A DNA stretch of 64,000 nt from Thermoanaerobaculia bacterium (GTDB lineage Bacteria; Acidobacteriota; Thermoanaerobaculia; Multivoradales; Multivoraceae): the NCBI GenBank assembly GCA_963664405.1, contig OY761158.1:5792001-5856000 (forward strand). Reading direction: 5' to 3'. A program made the position numbers and the translations under genes. Below the pieces are notes generated by a model. It did no database searches. It was not told the origin of the DNA and saw only the letters and a program-made list of their open reading frames with translations. This document shows positions 17,828 to 28,069 of this stretch, piece after piece. The stretch's first letter is position 1, and every line of letters starts with the position of its first letter.

Positions 17828-19292
17828 CGCTTTTCGACAGCTGTGGTGGCTTCGAGAGCAACGAGATGCCGAAGAACAGGGTCAGCGACACGATCAGGGA
17901 GATTGCGCCGCCGTGAATGCCGTGGGGCACCTGGAAGCCGGAAAGCTCGATAGTGAAGTTGAGCGCGAGGCTGGTGATGATCGCAACGTTCGCGGCCAGC
18001 GCTGTTGCCCGTTTCCAGTTGAAGCCGATAGCGACGGTCGGTACCAGTGCCGCGGCGAAGGTGCCCCAGCCGAAGCTCCCTAGAAGTGCCACCAGCTCAG
18101 CCTTCGAGAAACTCACGAAGAGCGCAGCCCCTACCGCGATCAGAACGGTCGCGGTGCGCGCCCAGAAGAGCTCGCGATTGAGCGATCTGCCAATGATGGC
18201 TTTGGGGATGTCGTGGATGATCGCCGCGGCGCCGATATTCAAGAACCCGTCGGCCGTCGACATGATCGCGGCGAAGAGCGCCGAGAAGACAATGCCCGCC
18301 AGGATCGCGGGGACGTAGCCTTGCAGGAACGCGTAGGCCGCGTCGTCCGGTTGCCCGAGCTCCGGATGAACACCGCCGACGACCAGCGCCCTCATCGCCA
18401 ATCCGATCGCGATCCACAGCAGCGCTGCCATGGTTCCGGCGACAAAGCTCAACAGAAGGATCTGCTTGAAGTCTCGAATGCGCTTGTTCATCATCAGCTT
18501 GGTGATGATGTGCGGCTGACCGCAGGCGCCGACAACGAAGAGGAAGTACCAGGACAGGCAGCCCATGATGCCCAAGGTGCCCCACGGACCGATCGCCTCG
18601 GGGTCGTCCCTCAAGATCGTGGTGACCGCGCCGGCGACACCGCCTTCGACGGCCTGAATCGCCGCGAACAAGACCAAGACACCGGCGATCATCATCACCG
18701 CGCCCTGAACGACGTCGGTATAAACGCCGGCGATGATGCCTCCGGTGACGCAATAGAAGACGAGGACGGCACACGAGATCGCCATGCTGACTCCGATACC
18801 CACCTCCGGAATCGCATCGACGCCATTGAGGATCTCCTGCAGAACGATCGCCATCGCCATAATCTGCGCCGCCAAGTAGCCGACCACCCCCAAGAGGATG
18901 GCGATGGCGGTGAGAAAGCGGGTGAGCTCGCTCTTGTAGCGAATTGCGACCGCGTCCGGAAGGGAGACGGTGTTGTAGACCTCGGAGAAGAAACGCAGCC
19001 TTTTGGCGACCAGATAGAAGGTGAAACAGGTCGCTACCGTGCCGCAGACGATCATCCACAGCGAGCTGATTCCCATGTCGTAGACCAAGCCGGGTCCGCC
19101 GACGAAACCGAACCCGCTCAGGGTGCTGGAGAAGAGGGCAAAGGCGGTGACAACGATGCCAAGGTCGCGGCCGGCCATGAAGAAGTCGTGTGAAGACTTG
19201 GTGCGCTTCATCGCCCAGATTCCGACGCCGATGCACATGGCGAAGTACACCAAGAGGCAGAAGAGAATCACCAGATTGCGGGAGGCTTCCAT
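17805..19292 (-). CDS. Sodium:solute symporter (PutP/PanF-like)
   Basis: DFFMAGRDLG, SGFGFVGGPG, TGG...VYTDVVQG, GQPHI, AAIMSTAD. Confidence 0.92.
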   Translation of the reverse strand: MEASRNLVILFCLLVYFAMCIGVGIWAMKRTKSSHDFFMAGRDLGIVVTAFALFSSTLSGFGFVGGPGLVYDMGISSLWMIVCGTVATCFTFYLVAKRLRFFSEVYNTVSLPDAVAIRYKSELTRFLTAIAILLGVVGYLAAQIMAMAIVLQEILNGVDAIPEVGIGVSMAISCAVLVFYCVTGGIIAGVYTDVVQGAVMMIAGVLVLFAAIQAVEGGVAGAVTTILRDDPEAIGPWGTLGIMGCLSWYFLFVVGACGQPHIITKLMMNKRIRDFKQILLLSFVAGTMAALLWIAIGLAMRALVVGGVHPELGQPDDAAYAFLQGYVPAILAGIVFSALFAAIMSTADGFLNIGAAAIIHDIPKAIIGRSLNRELFWARTATVLIAVGAALFVSFSKAELVALLGSFGWGTFAAALVPTVAIGFNWKRATALAANVAIITSLALNFTIELSGFQVPHGIHGGAISLIVSLTLFFGISLLSKPPQLSKSVNAIMDL

Positions 19293-19870
19293 CAGAAGTC
19301 CTCCCCAGGGCTCCGTCGCTCTGTAGCCACGATCTCTTCGAAGCGTCTTTCGTCATCCTCGGTAAAGAACCAACGATCGAAGAGTCGGTAGTACAGCACG
19401 ATGAAGAAGATCGGGAACTGCCAGACCCCCAGCAGCATCCACGCCGTGGGTTTTGGCAGCGACAGGAAGAGGGTGTGGGTGTCTTCGTGCATGAATCGGT
19501 AGTAGGAGATGAACAGCCCAGTGAAGATCGCTGCGAGAACAAGCATTCCCCCAATGATCGGCGCTTTTGCCGGGCCGAGGGATCCGTGCCGAGTCATTCC
19601 CATCGCCAGAAATGAGGCGAACAACAGGATGGAGAGGGAGGCGAACACCCATCCGAGCCAGACCGTAACGGCGTGCCGCTCGGCGCCCGGTCCGCCCTGT
19701 TTCATGGTCGCGAATCTGTCGTGCTGGTAGCCATGGCTCTTGATGATCCGCTGCGTGCTGCCGTCCTCTCTCACCACGTCTTCGTAGGGCACTTGAGGCG
19801 TCAGGAAGGCGATCCCAAGAATCACGCACAGGGCTAAGAGCGTGCCGAAAATAAACCATGAGGGTTTCAT
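19292..19870 (-). CDS. 4-TM membrane protein translationally coupled to the symporter
   Basis: Hydrophobic segments; TGA/ATG overlap with the symporter start. Confidence 0.7.
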   Translation of the reverse strand: MKPSWFIFGTLLALCVILGIAFLTPQVPYEDVVREDGSTQRIIKSHGYQHDRFATMKQGGPGAERHAVTVWLGWVFASLSILLFASFLAMGMTRHGSLGPAKAPIIGGMLVLAAIFTGLFISYYRFMHEDTHTLFLSLPKPTAWMLLGVWQFPIFFIVLYYRLFDRWFFTEDDERRFEEIVATERRSPGEDF

Positions 19871-19993
19871 GCGATGAGCACCTTTCTCGAGTCTGGCAGC
19901 GGATTCTACACTGGCGAACAGCCGGCGCCTTGCTAGTTCGCTCTACTCTAAGGAAGCTGGGGCCTCCGCAGGGAACTTGCGACGGGCAGTTCT

Positions 19994-21859
19994 CTAAGGG
20001 CAGGTGGCGAAGGCCTGGGTGTCCTGGAGTGGGACGAAGGGCGTGCCTAGCGGACTCTCGTAGATGCGAGTCTGAGCGCTCACCGTATCTGTCACCTCTA
20101 TTCGTACCTCTACATTGGTGAGGCCGCCGGCAAATACCCAGAAGCGGTCGTTGACGGTGCAGCCGGCGAGGACCTTGAGCACTAGCTCCACGTTGGTGCT
20201 CTGGAAGAACCAGAAGTAGCCGGTGTCAGGTGTGAGTATTACCGGCTGCCCGATGCCGGTGGTACCCGAGGAGGTGCGCCACGTCGTCGACACCCGAAAG
20301 CGACCGTCGCCGAGGCAGAGATGATCGGGGCCGGCAAGGCAGAGGTCGTTATCGACGATGAGGATCTCCGCCTCCGACCGCGCGCCAAGTTCCGCGCCGC
20401 CCAAGGGCTGGACGAGTCTGAGCTGAATGGTCTCGTTGGCCTCGTCCTGAATGTCGTCGATGAGGTCGATGGCGAGACTCTCGAGTCCTTCTTGTCCGTC
20501 GTCCCAATTCACCACCGTAGATGTCAGGTCGAAGTCCTCGTCCGGGTCGGCGGTACCCGAGATGACCTTGACCGCCACACTGACAGCGCCGGCTGAGCCA
20601 CCGACTCGCCTCAGGCCGACAAGCAGCTGCCCCGCATCTTCTGAGGTCGTCATCGCCGCCTGGTCGAACTCGACCAAGCCCGCGGCCGGGAGGTCTCTGT
20701 CGACCAGCTGATAGACCGCGTCCAGGGTGGTCAGATAGATCTCGCCCCGGGAGTCCTCGCCGAAGGCGGTCAGATTGGGAAGCGCCACGGCGAGAAGGCT
20801 GGACTCGAGAAGGCCGTCGACCTCTGACGCCGCCCATACCGCGCCGCTGCAGAAGTCGCCGTAGAGAACCTTTCCGAAGAGGTGGGGGAGTAGGCGCCCA
20901 CGATAAACAGGGCCTCCGATGACGGAGCAGGCACCGTCGGAGTGGTTGTACTCGATCGCCGGCGCGATGAGGCTGGCGTCGTCGCAGGCGGGGAGATCCA
21001 CTCCGCAGCCGTCGAGGTCGCCGAGACAGCGGGTGCCCTACATGACCTTCCAGCCGAAGTTGGCTCCCCCTGGTGTACTGGCGTGGAGAAAGTTCATCTC
21101 CTCACGGCGCTCGTGCCCGACGTCGCTGATCCATAGGTCGCCTCCTTCAGGATCGAAGCTGAAGCGCCACGGATTGCGCAGGCCGAGTGCCCACACTTCG
21201 GGGCGCCCGGAATCGACGAAGGGGTTGTCGTCAGGGCTGGTGTGGAAGGGTGGAGCGTCGGAGCCCTGGTCGACATCGAGCCTGAGGATTTTGCCCTCCA
21301 GACTGTCGGGAGACTGGGCGACGCAACCCGGATCGGGGCCTCCCGACCGGCCCGTGCTGTCGCCGGTCGAAGCGTAGAGGTAGCCATCGGGCCCGAATCG
21401 GAGCTGGCCACCGTAGTGCACTTGGTTTGTCTTCGGCATCCTGAGGAGGACTGCCTCGCTGGACTCATCCAGCTCGTTTGGGTCGTCTGAGAGACGAAAG
21501 CGAGAGATGATGGAGTCACCGGTATCCACTTCGGCGTAGTGAGCGAAGACATACCCGTTCTCTTGATACCGGGGATGGAAGCCGATGCTCCACAGCCCGC
21601 GGCCGTCTCCCAGAGTACGGTCTGTGATGTCGAGGAAGGGTTGCCCGGAAACGCTACCGTTCTCGACGATGAGTACCCGCCCATCCAGAAATGTGACAAA
21701 GATACGAGCGTCCCCGGTGTGGGTGACGCTCACCGGCACTCCCAAGCCGGAGAACACCTCCTCGAGATCGAGCTCCAGGGCCGAGGTCGGCAGCGAAATG
21801 ACCAGGATCTGCGCCATCAATCCGGCGCGGATCCTGGTCATCGAGAGTCTGGGTCTCAT
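19994..21859 (-). pseudogene. Soluble PQQ-dependent sugar dehydrogenase (GSDH) + Calx-beta + C-terminal extracellular domain; in-frame TAG at 21038-21040
   Basis: HYGGQLRFGPDGYLY, GKILR, GLRNPWRFSFD, NFGWKVM*GTRC; the two track ORFs are in the same frame; Calx-beta-like DE.NETI...L; DTGYFWFF...NVE..KVL.GC..N..FWVFAGGLTNVEV. Confidence 0.8.
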
Positions 21860-21937
21860 CGTCAGTGATCATAGCTTGGGCGCACCGGACAGCTGTAACC
21901 AGGCTCGCCACCTCGACAAGAATAAGATGGGCGCACA

Positions 21938-23443
21938 TTGGTAGAAGAGAAAGACCCTCCGTCGCCAACTCCTGCCGTGGCGAAGGCCCTTCGTGGTATC
22001 GAGATGCCGTCGCTCCGGCCGCGAAGCCTGCTTCGCTCTTTCGGACCCGGCCTCATCCTGATGATGACCGGCATCGGTACCAGTCACCTGGTGACTGCCC
22101 CGGCGGCGGGGGGGCGCTTCGCGTTCGCGTTGCTCTGGTGCATCCCGGTGGCCTACATCTTCAAATACTCAGGGTTCGAGATGGCCTTCCGCTTCACCCA
22201 CGCGACCGGCCACAGCTTGCTCGACGCGTACGCCACGGCCCCGCGCTCGTGGCCACTGGTCTATGTCCTCGTCACGACTCTGATCCAGTGCGTGGTCGGG
22301 CAGGCCGGGCGGTTGATCGCCGCTTCCGCGGTTCTCTATTACGCCTTTTCTACCTTTGTCGGTGTGGAGGTGCCGATGGCCTTACTCGCCCTTTCGCTTG
22401 GCGTCGTATCGGTTGTAGTGCACTTGGCGGGCCGCTACGCGATCATGGAGACGGTCACCAAGGTCCTTGCCGGGGTCCTGGTGGTTTCGGCCCTCTTCAT
22501 CTACGTGTTGGAGCCGGCCCCCACCTCGGCACTCGCCCATTTCTTCATCCCGGAGATTCCGGGGGGCTCGTGGCTGATCCTGGCTGCATTCCTTGGTCTC
22601 CTGCCGACCGGAATCGATGTCTCGCTACAAGCATCGGAGTGGGGCAAGGCCCGCCGGGTCGGGCTGGGCCTTCTTCGCCCCGCGCTCGAGCGCGACGGCC
22701 TGGCCCCGCACTTCGATCCACGCACTTCGGCGAAGGAAGCGCTGGCTGTCGACCACGCCCGACTCCCGGACGAGGCGCGCGAGTATTGCCGCCGCTGGCT
22801 CACGATCGCGCTGTGGGACTTCCGGCTCGGTCATCTGATCTCGTTTGTCCTTGCCTGTCTCTTCTTGCTCTTGGCCGCCGTCCATCTCTACCCCAGCGCG
22901 GTCGAAGGCAATGCGGTGATGGGCGAGATCGGCCGCATTTTCACCGAGAGTGCCGGCCCGTGGATGATGGGCATCTTCCTCGTCGGCGCCTTCGCCGCGA
23001 CCTTCTCGACCGCCTTCAACTATTTCGACGGCTGGCCGAGAGTCGTGGGGGCGTGCTGCCGTAACCTCTTTGCCGCCACCGCCGATCGGCCCGGCCTCGA
23101 TCGAGCGGAGTTGACCCCGGAGTGTCTGCGTAACTTGGCGTCCGAGTACAACATCTACCGCGGCACCATGCTCTTCTCGTTGATCGCGTCGGTGGTGATC
23201 GCGGCGGGGGCGCCGCGGCCGGTGTGGCTGGTGCTGGTTGCCTCGGCACTGGCCTCCTTCATCGCGCCGGTGATCTTTTTCCTCAACCTCTACTACTGCT
23301 TTACCGTGATCCCACGCGATAGCGAGTTCTACCCCTCGCGACTGGCGACCTGGTTCGGCTGGGGGAGCCTCATCGTCTTTACCGGCATGACCGTGATCCT
23401 GATCGCGGCGCGCATCTTTGGCCTCACACTCTTCGGAGGATGA
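21938..23443 (+). CDS. Nramp-like divalent metal cation transporter
   Basis: FGPGLILMMTGIGTSHLV..P.AG; AATFST; multi-TM. Confidence 0.78.
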   Translation: MVEEKDPPSPTPAVAKALRGIEMPSLRPRSLLRSFGPGLILMMTGIGTSHLVTAPAAGGRFAFALLWCIPVAYIFKYSGFEMAFRFTHATGHSLLDAYATAPRSWPLVYVLVTTLIQCVVGQAGRLIAASAVLYYAFSTFVGVEVPMALLALSLGVVSVVVHLAGRYAIMETVTKVLAGVLVVSALFIYVLEPAPTSALAHFFIPEIPGGSWLILAAFLGLLPTGIDVSLQASEWGKARRVGLGLLRPALERDGLAPHFDPRTSAKEALAVDHARLPDEAREYCRRWLTIALWDFRLGHLISFVLACLFLLLAAVHLYPSAVEGNAVMGEIGRIFTESAGPWMMGIFLVGAFAATFSTAFNYFDGWPRVVGACCRNLFAATADRPGLDRAELTPECLRNLASEYNIYRGTMLFSLIASVVIAAGAPRPVWLVLVASALASFIAPVIFFLNLYYCFTVIPRDSEFYPSRLATWFGWGSLIVFTGMTVILIAARIFGLTLFGG

Positions 23444-23480
23444 TCGTTGTACCGGAGCCAAGCTACAGGCGCCCCAGGGA

Positions 23481-23681
23481 TTGAAAGAGATCGTCGAGAT
23501 CTACCAACCGGCCATTCCTCGGAGCCCGGAGGTCTCGGTCGCGGGCGCTGCGCGCGAGCTAGAGCTATTTCCCGCCCGCCGCCGGCCGCTGGATATGAGC
23601 GGGTTGGATCTGGCGGACTACGTCGACAATCGCTTCGCTCGCGAGGCAGTCACCGACGACCCCGGCCAGACGGTGCACTAG
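23481..23681 (+). pseudogene. Probable orphan C-terminal remnant of an ABC substrate-binding protein (NMT1/SsuA-like)
   Basis: EIYQPAIPRSPEVSVAG...DLADYVDNRFAREA resembles the C-terminus of such proteins; no RBS or N-terminal part. Confidence 0.4.
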
Positions 23682-23863
23682 ACCAGCGTTTCCAAAGTCG
23701 CGCTACAATAGCTCGCGGTCATTCTGTTCGCTGGCAAGGCGCGCCGACGCAGGCATATTGGGGAATATGTCGAGGAGGCGCAACGCCGCCAGCGGGGCAG
23801 AACGGGCCGAGATATGTAGCGCTACTTTGGAAACGCTGGTCTAGGCAGTGCTGCCTACTTGGG

Positions 23864-24787
23864 TCAATCGCTTACAGCGCGGGCCAGAAAGCGGCGGATC
23901 ATTTCATAGGCCTCTCGCGTCTCCTCGGTATCGAAGCCGCCGTGGCCTCCTCCGTGGATGGTGTGCAGCCTATTCGGTACCCCGGCCTCCTCGAGCTTGG
24001 CGTGGAGGCGGACCGCGTGGTCATAGGGGACGACAGGGTCGGCGTCACCGTGGATGGTCAGGACCGGCGGTAGGTCTTTACGCACCATGTTGAGCGGCGA
24101 GAGCTGGCCTGAGAGCTCGTCCTTATTCGGCAGGCTTCCCATCCACTCCACGGCGTAGGTCTTGGCATTCGGGCCCTCGACCAGGTCGCCGACGTCGGTG
24201 ATGCCGTACCAGTTGACGATCGCCGCGACCGGCATCTCTTCGGTGACCGCGTCGGCGGAGGTGGCCGAGCGCTTTGGGCAGCGATTGTCGAAGCCGTCGG
24301 CGGCCGTCAACATGCCGGTGGTCAGCGAGAGATGGCCTCCGGCTGAGTTACCGGTGACGACGATACGGTCGACATCGAGTGCGTATTCCGCGGCGTTGTT
24401 GCGGAGCCAGCGTAACGCGCAACGGCAGTCTTCCACTGCGCCGGGAGCAAGAGCCGTTCCACCCATACGATATTCGACGTTGGCAACCGCCCAGCCCATG
24501 CTGAGATAGGGCAGGAGACGCAGGTCGCTGCTCTCCTTGCTTCCTCTCATCCATCCGCCGCCGTGAATGTAGACGAGTATCGGCATGGGCGAGGGATTCT
24601 CGCCTTGGCGCGGCAGAATCAGATCGAGTTTGGACTCGTAGCCGTCCGCCACCAGGTAGGTTTGGTCGGGGACCACTCGGAAGTAGCTCTCGGCCTGCGT
24701 TGCCCAGTCGGCGGGCACGCTCAGCTGCCCTATCGCCGTTGCGGCAGCAAGAATCAAAGTGAGTAGTGCTAAGGAAACGATTCGCAT
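23864..24787 (-). CDS. Secreted alpha/beta hydrolase (HSL-like esterase)
   Basis: HGGGW, GNSAGG, HGDAD, GGHGG; signal peptide. Confidence 0.9.
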   Translation of the reverse strand: MRIVSLALLTLILAAATAIGQLSVPADWATQAESYFRVVPDQTYLVADGYESKLDLILPRQGENPSPMPILVYIHGGGWMRGSKESSDLRLLPYLSMGWAVANVEYRMGGTALAPGAVEDCRCALRWLRNNAAEYALDVDRIVVTGNSAGGHLSLTTGMLTAADGFDNRCPKRSATSADAVTEEMPVAAIVNWYGITDVGDLVEGPNAKTYAVEWMGSLPNKDELSGQLSPLNMVRKDLPPVLTIHGDADPVVPYDHAVRLHAKLEEAGVPNRLHTIHGGGHGGFDTEETREAYEMIRRFLARAVSD

Positions 24788-24961
24788 GAATTCCCCTCCC
24801 CAGTCGCGTGCGCGGCGGTGGCCGCGGTCTTGGGCGCGATTGGTTTTGTCCGAGAGTTCACTCTCGCACTAGAACATGGAGCTTGTCTACTACTCGTTCC
24901 CTACTCAGGAGGCCTCGACCAGCGCCCTCGACCATGCTCGGCCCACCTCTTCGAGCGGAGA

Positions 24962-26161
24962 CTACAGTCGACGGAGGGCCGTAGCCACCGGCAGACGCGC
25001 AGCGCGGAAGGCGGGAAAAAAGCCGCCGACAAGGCCCATCACCAGTGCAAAGATCGCCCCCTGGGTGAGCAATTGGGGAGTGACCGCGAAAGCGAAGGCG
25101 ACCTGACTGAAGTTCTGAAAGTTCATTGTTGCCGCGGTAAAGCCGTTGAACAACATATAGGCCACCGCGGCGCCGATGACTCCACCGGTGAGAGCCAGCG
25201 CCAGCGACTCGACCAGAACCGAGATCATCACGGGTCCCGCTCCGAAGCCGATGGCGCGAAGGGTCGCGATCTCGCGGGTTCGGGAGGACACGGCGCTGTA
25301 CATCGTGTTGAGGGCGCCGAAGACGGCGCCGACGGCCATCAAGGCGCCGACCAGGTAGCCGACGCCGCGGATGAGGGCGGTCATGGTCTGGGATTGCTCG
25401 GCGTAGAACTCAGAGGCCTGGAAGACGTTGACCGTGAGGCGGGGATCGGTCGTCAGCGCGTCTTTGAGAGCGGTGAAAGACTGAGGAGATTCGAGCCGTA
25501 GGTGGACCGAGCTGAACGAGGTGCCGCGACGGAAGGCCGGCTGTAGGACCTTGGCATCGGCCCAGATCTCCGACTCATCGGCGCTGCCTCCGGCGGCGAA
25601 GATTCCGACGACCGTCCATTCGACTTCGCCCCAGTTGAGCTTGCTGCCAAGCTCGAGTCCCTCAAACTCCCGAACAGCCGTTGTGCCCACTATGACTTCA
25701 TTCCGACCGGGCTCGAATCGGCGGCCTTCGACCAGCTCGATCGACTCGCGCACCGCGAACGCTTGCTGGTCGACGCCGCGCATCGGCACATTGACGTCAG
25801 TGCCGGTGCTGCGCTTTGGCACGCCGACGATGGCGAAGACCTCCGCAGACGCCACCCGTCCCTCGGCGTTGCTGAGGATCCCCGGCGCGTCGCCGATGAT
25901 GCGGGTCTCTTCGAGGGTGAGACCACTCGACATCTCTCCGGTTGCGCCGCCACGGAGCACGATCACTCCGTCGTCGCGGCCGGTCGACTCGAGTGTTCTC
26001 TGGAAGCCGACGGCCATCGAAAGGACGCCGACAAACACCATCACCACACCCGCAACCCCCACGACAGTAGCAAGCGAGGCGCCGAGACGCTGCCTGACGT
26101 TCTTGAGGTTGAGCCAGGTGACGGCGCCGACCTGAGCCAGCCAGCTGAAGAGTCCACCCAT
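24962..26161 (-). CDS. ABC transporter permease (MacB/FtsX-like)
   Basis: NTMYSAVSSRTREIATLRAIGF; 4-TM topology with large periplasmic loop. Confidence 0.92.
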   Translation of the reverse strand: MGGLFSWLAQVGAVTWLNLKNVRQRLGASLATVVGVAGVVMVFVGVLSMAVGFQRTLESTGRDDGVIVLRGGATGEMSSGLTLEETRIIGDAPGILSNAEGRVASAEVFAIVGVPKRSTGTDVNVPMRGVDQQAFAVRESIELVEGRRFEPGRNEVIVGTTAVREFEGLELGSKLNWGEVEWTVVGIFAAGGSADESEIWADAKVLQPAFRRGTSFSSVHLRLESPQSFTALKDALTTDPRLTVNVFQASEFYAEQSQTMTALIRGVGYLVGALMAVGAVFGALNTMYSAVSSRTREIATLRAIGFGAGPVMISVLVESLALALTGGVIGAAVAYMLFNGFTAATMNFQNFSQVAFAFAVTPQLLTQGAIFALVMGLVGGFFPAFRAARLPVATALRRL

Positions 26162-26163
26162 GC

Positions 26164-27351
26164 TCAGCCAGATGCGAGTGCGTTGACGATTCTGAGACGG
26201 AGCGCCTGCCAAGCCGGTAGCACTCCAGTCACCAGTCCTAGCAGGGCAACGAGGGCGACACCGATCCAGAGCTCCCGCGTGGGGATGTAGATCTGCGGTA
26301 TGAAGGCGACTCCGAGAGTGATCCTAGAGGTGACGAAATCGGCCACGGCAAGACCGGGGAGGCCGCCGACGACAGCGAGAATGAACGCCTCGGCCAACAC
26401 CAGCGCCATGATCTTGCGGTCACTGAAGCCCAGAGTCTTCAGCACTCCGAGCTCAGCCGTGCGCTCGCGAACAGATTGGGCCATGGTATTGCCGGCGACC
26501 AGCAGCAGGGTGAAGAAGACGACGCTGACGATCGCCGTTACGATGGTCGCCAGATCCCCCACCTGATTGGCGAAGCCCTGCGCCCAGGCCTTCTCGGTCG
26601 AAGTCTTGGTCTCGGCGGGGGAGTTGGCGAAGTGCGAGTCGATCTCCTCTACGATCTCGGCGGCCCGATCCGGGTCGTCGATTTTGAGATAGATCATCGA
26701 CACCGCGCCGAGCTCGTCGCCGACCCCTTCGGGCTGCTGGACGATCTCCGTGAAGGGGCCCGCCTGTTTCAGATAGTCGTAGTGCATGTAGACCTGGCCG
26801 TCGTTGCCGCTCTCTCCGGCGCCGATGATGCCTGCGATGTCGAACTCCCAGGTCGGCGAGCCGTCGGCCTGGAACCACATCTGGGTGTTGATGGGGACCC
26901 GGTCGCCGATCTCCCATCCGAAGCGCTTGGCAACCGAGTGGCCGACCACGATGCTGGTCCGGTTGGCTAGCCACGATTGCTGCTGCTCGATCGGGATCTC
27001 GTACTCGTCGAAGACCTCCACGAAGCCCTGGGCATCGGTGGCGAACATGATCAGCTGATTGCGACGATCCTGATAGTAACCACCGAACCAGGTCCAGTGG
27101 GTCACCGCCTCGACGCCTTCGACGGCCTCGATGAAGCCGAGGTACTTGATCGGAAGGAACTGGATCATCGAAACCTTGTGCACCGTCAGCAGCCGGTTCA
27201 AACCCGCCACTTCGACGCCCTGTCCGAAACCGGTGCGGAGCGCGACCAGGAGGCCGAAAAGCAGGAAGGAGACGAAGATCGAAAGCACGGTGAACGAAGT
27301 GCGCAACTTCTTGCGCGTCAGGTTGCAGCGAATCAGATGCAGATACTTCAT
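26164..27351 (-). CDS. ABC transporter permease (MacB/FtsX-like)
   Basis: NTMAQSVRERTAELGVLKTLGF. Confidence 0.92.
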   Translation of the reverse strand: MKYLHLIRCNLTRKKLRTSFTVLSIFVSFLLFGLLVALRTGFGQGVEVAGLNRLLTVHKVSMIQFLPIKYLGFIEAVEGVEAVTHWTWFGGYYQDRRNQLIMFATDAQGFVEVFDEYEIPIEQQQSWLANRTSIVVGHSVAKRFGWEIGDRVPINTQMWFQADGSPTWEFDIAGIIGAGESGNDGQVYMHYDYLKQAGPFTEIVQQPEGVGDELGAVSMIYLKIDDPDRAAEIVEEIDSHFANSPAETKTSTEKAWAQGFANQVGDLATIVTAIVSVVFFTLLLVAGNTMAQSVRERTAELGVLKTLGFSDRKIMALVLAEAFILAVVGGLPGLAVADFVTSRITLGVAFIPQIYIPTRELWIGVALVALLGLVTGVLPAWQALRLRIVNALASG

Positions 27352-28046
27352 GCCAGACGCTCCTCGGAGAGTGCTCCCTTGTCGAGATAGAGGGTGCGGC
27401 TGGCCCGTTGGGCTGCGTGAGGGTCGTGGGTGACCATGATGATGGTCTTGCCCTGGTCCTGGTTGAGTGCCTCGAGCAGGTCGAGGATCTCGTCGCCGCT
27501 TTTGCGGTCGAGGTCTCCAGTCGGCTCATCGCACAGCAGCAGAGTCGGGTCCGAGACGATCGCGCGAGCGATGCCGACCCGCTGCTCCTGGCCGCCGGAG
27601 AGCTGGCGCGGATAATGCTTGGCGCGATCCGAGAGCCCGACCACCTCGAGGGCGGTGGCGACATGTCCGAGCCGCTGCTGACGGCTCAGGCGAGTGAGTA
27701 AGAGCGGAAGCTCGACGTTGCGCTCCGCGGTGAGCACCGGTAACAGGTTGTAGTACTGGAAAATGAAGCCTATGTGGCGCGAGCGCCAGCGGGTTAGCTG
27801 ACGGTCCGGGGTCTCGTCGATTCGTTGGCCGGCTACCTCTATGCTGCCTTCCGACACGCGGTCCAGGCCACCGATGAGATTGAGCAAGGTGGTCTTGCCG
27901 GATCCCGAAGGACCCATGAGAGCGAGGAACTCGCCGTCCGCGACCTCCATGCTCAGGTCCTGCAGCACGTCGATGGTCTCGCCGCCGCGTTTGTAGAATT
28001 TGTGCAGATGCTCGATCTGGACGATGGTTCCGTTTTCCTCCGACAT
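27348..28046 (-). CDS. ABC transporter ATP-binding protein (LolD/MacB type)
   Basis: [26 protein letters not shown]. Confidence 0.95.
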   Translation of the reverse strand: MSEENGTIVQIEHLHKFYKRGGETIDVLQDLSMEVADGEFLALMGPSGSGKTTLLNLIGGLDRVSEGSIEVAGQRIDETPDRQLTRWRSRHIGFIFQYYNLLPVLTAERNVELPLLLTRLSRQQRLGHVATALEVVGLSDRAKHYPRQLSGGQEQRVGIARAIVSDPTLLLCDEPTGDLDRKSGDEILDLLEALNQDQGKTIIMVTHDPHAAQRASRTLYLDKGALSEERLA

Positions 28047-28069
28047 ATCGTTCCTTCTCGTCGGAGACT

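Noticed and set aside
21038-21040. Pyrrolysine or amber recoding
   Set aside because: TAG is the normal stop for many genes here, no pyl genes are present, and the site corresponds to Glu
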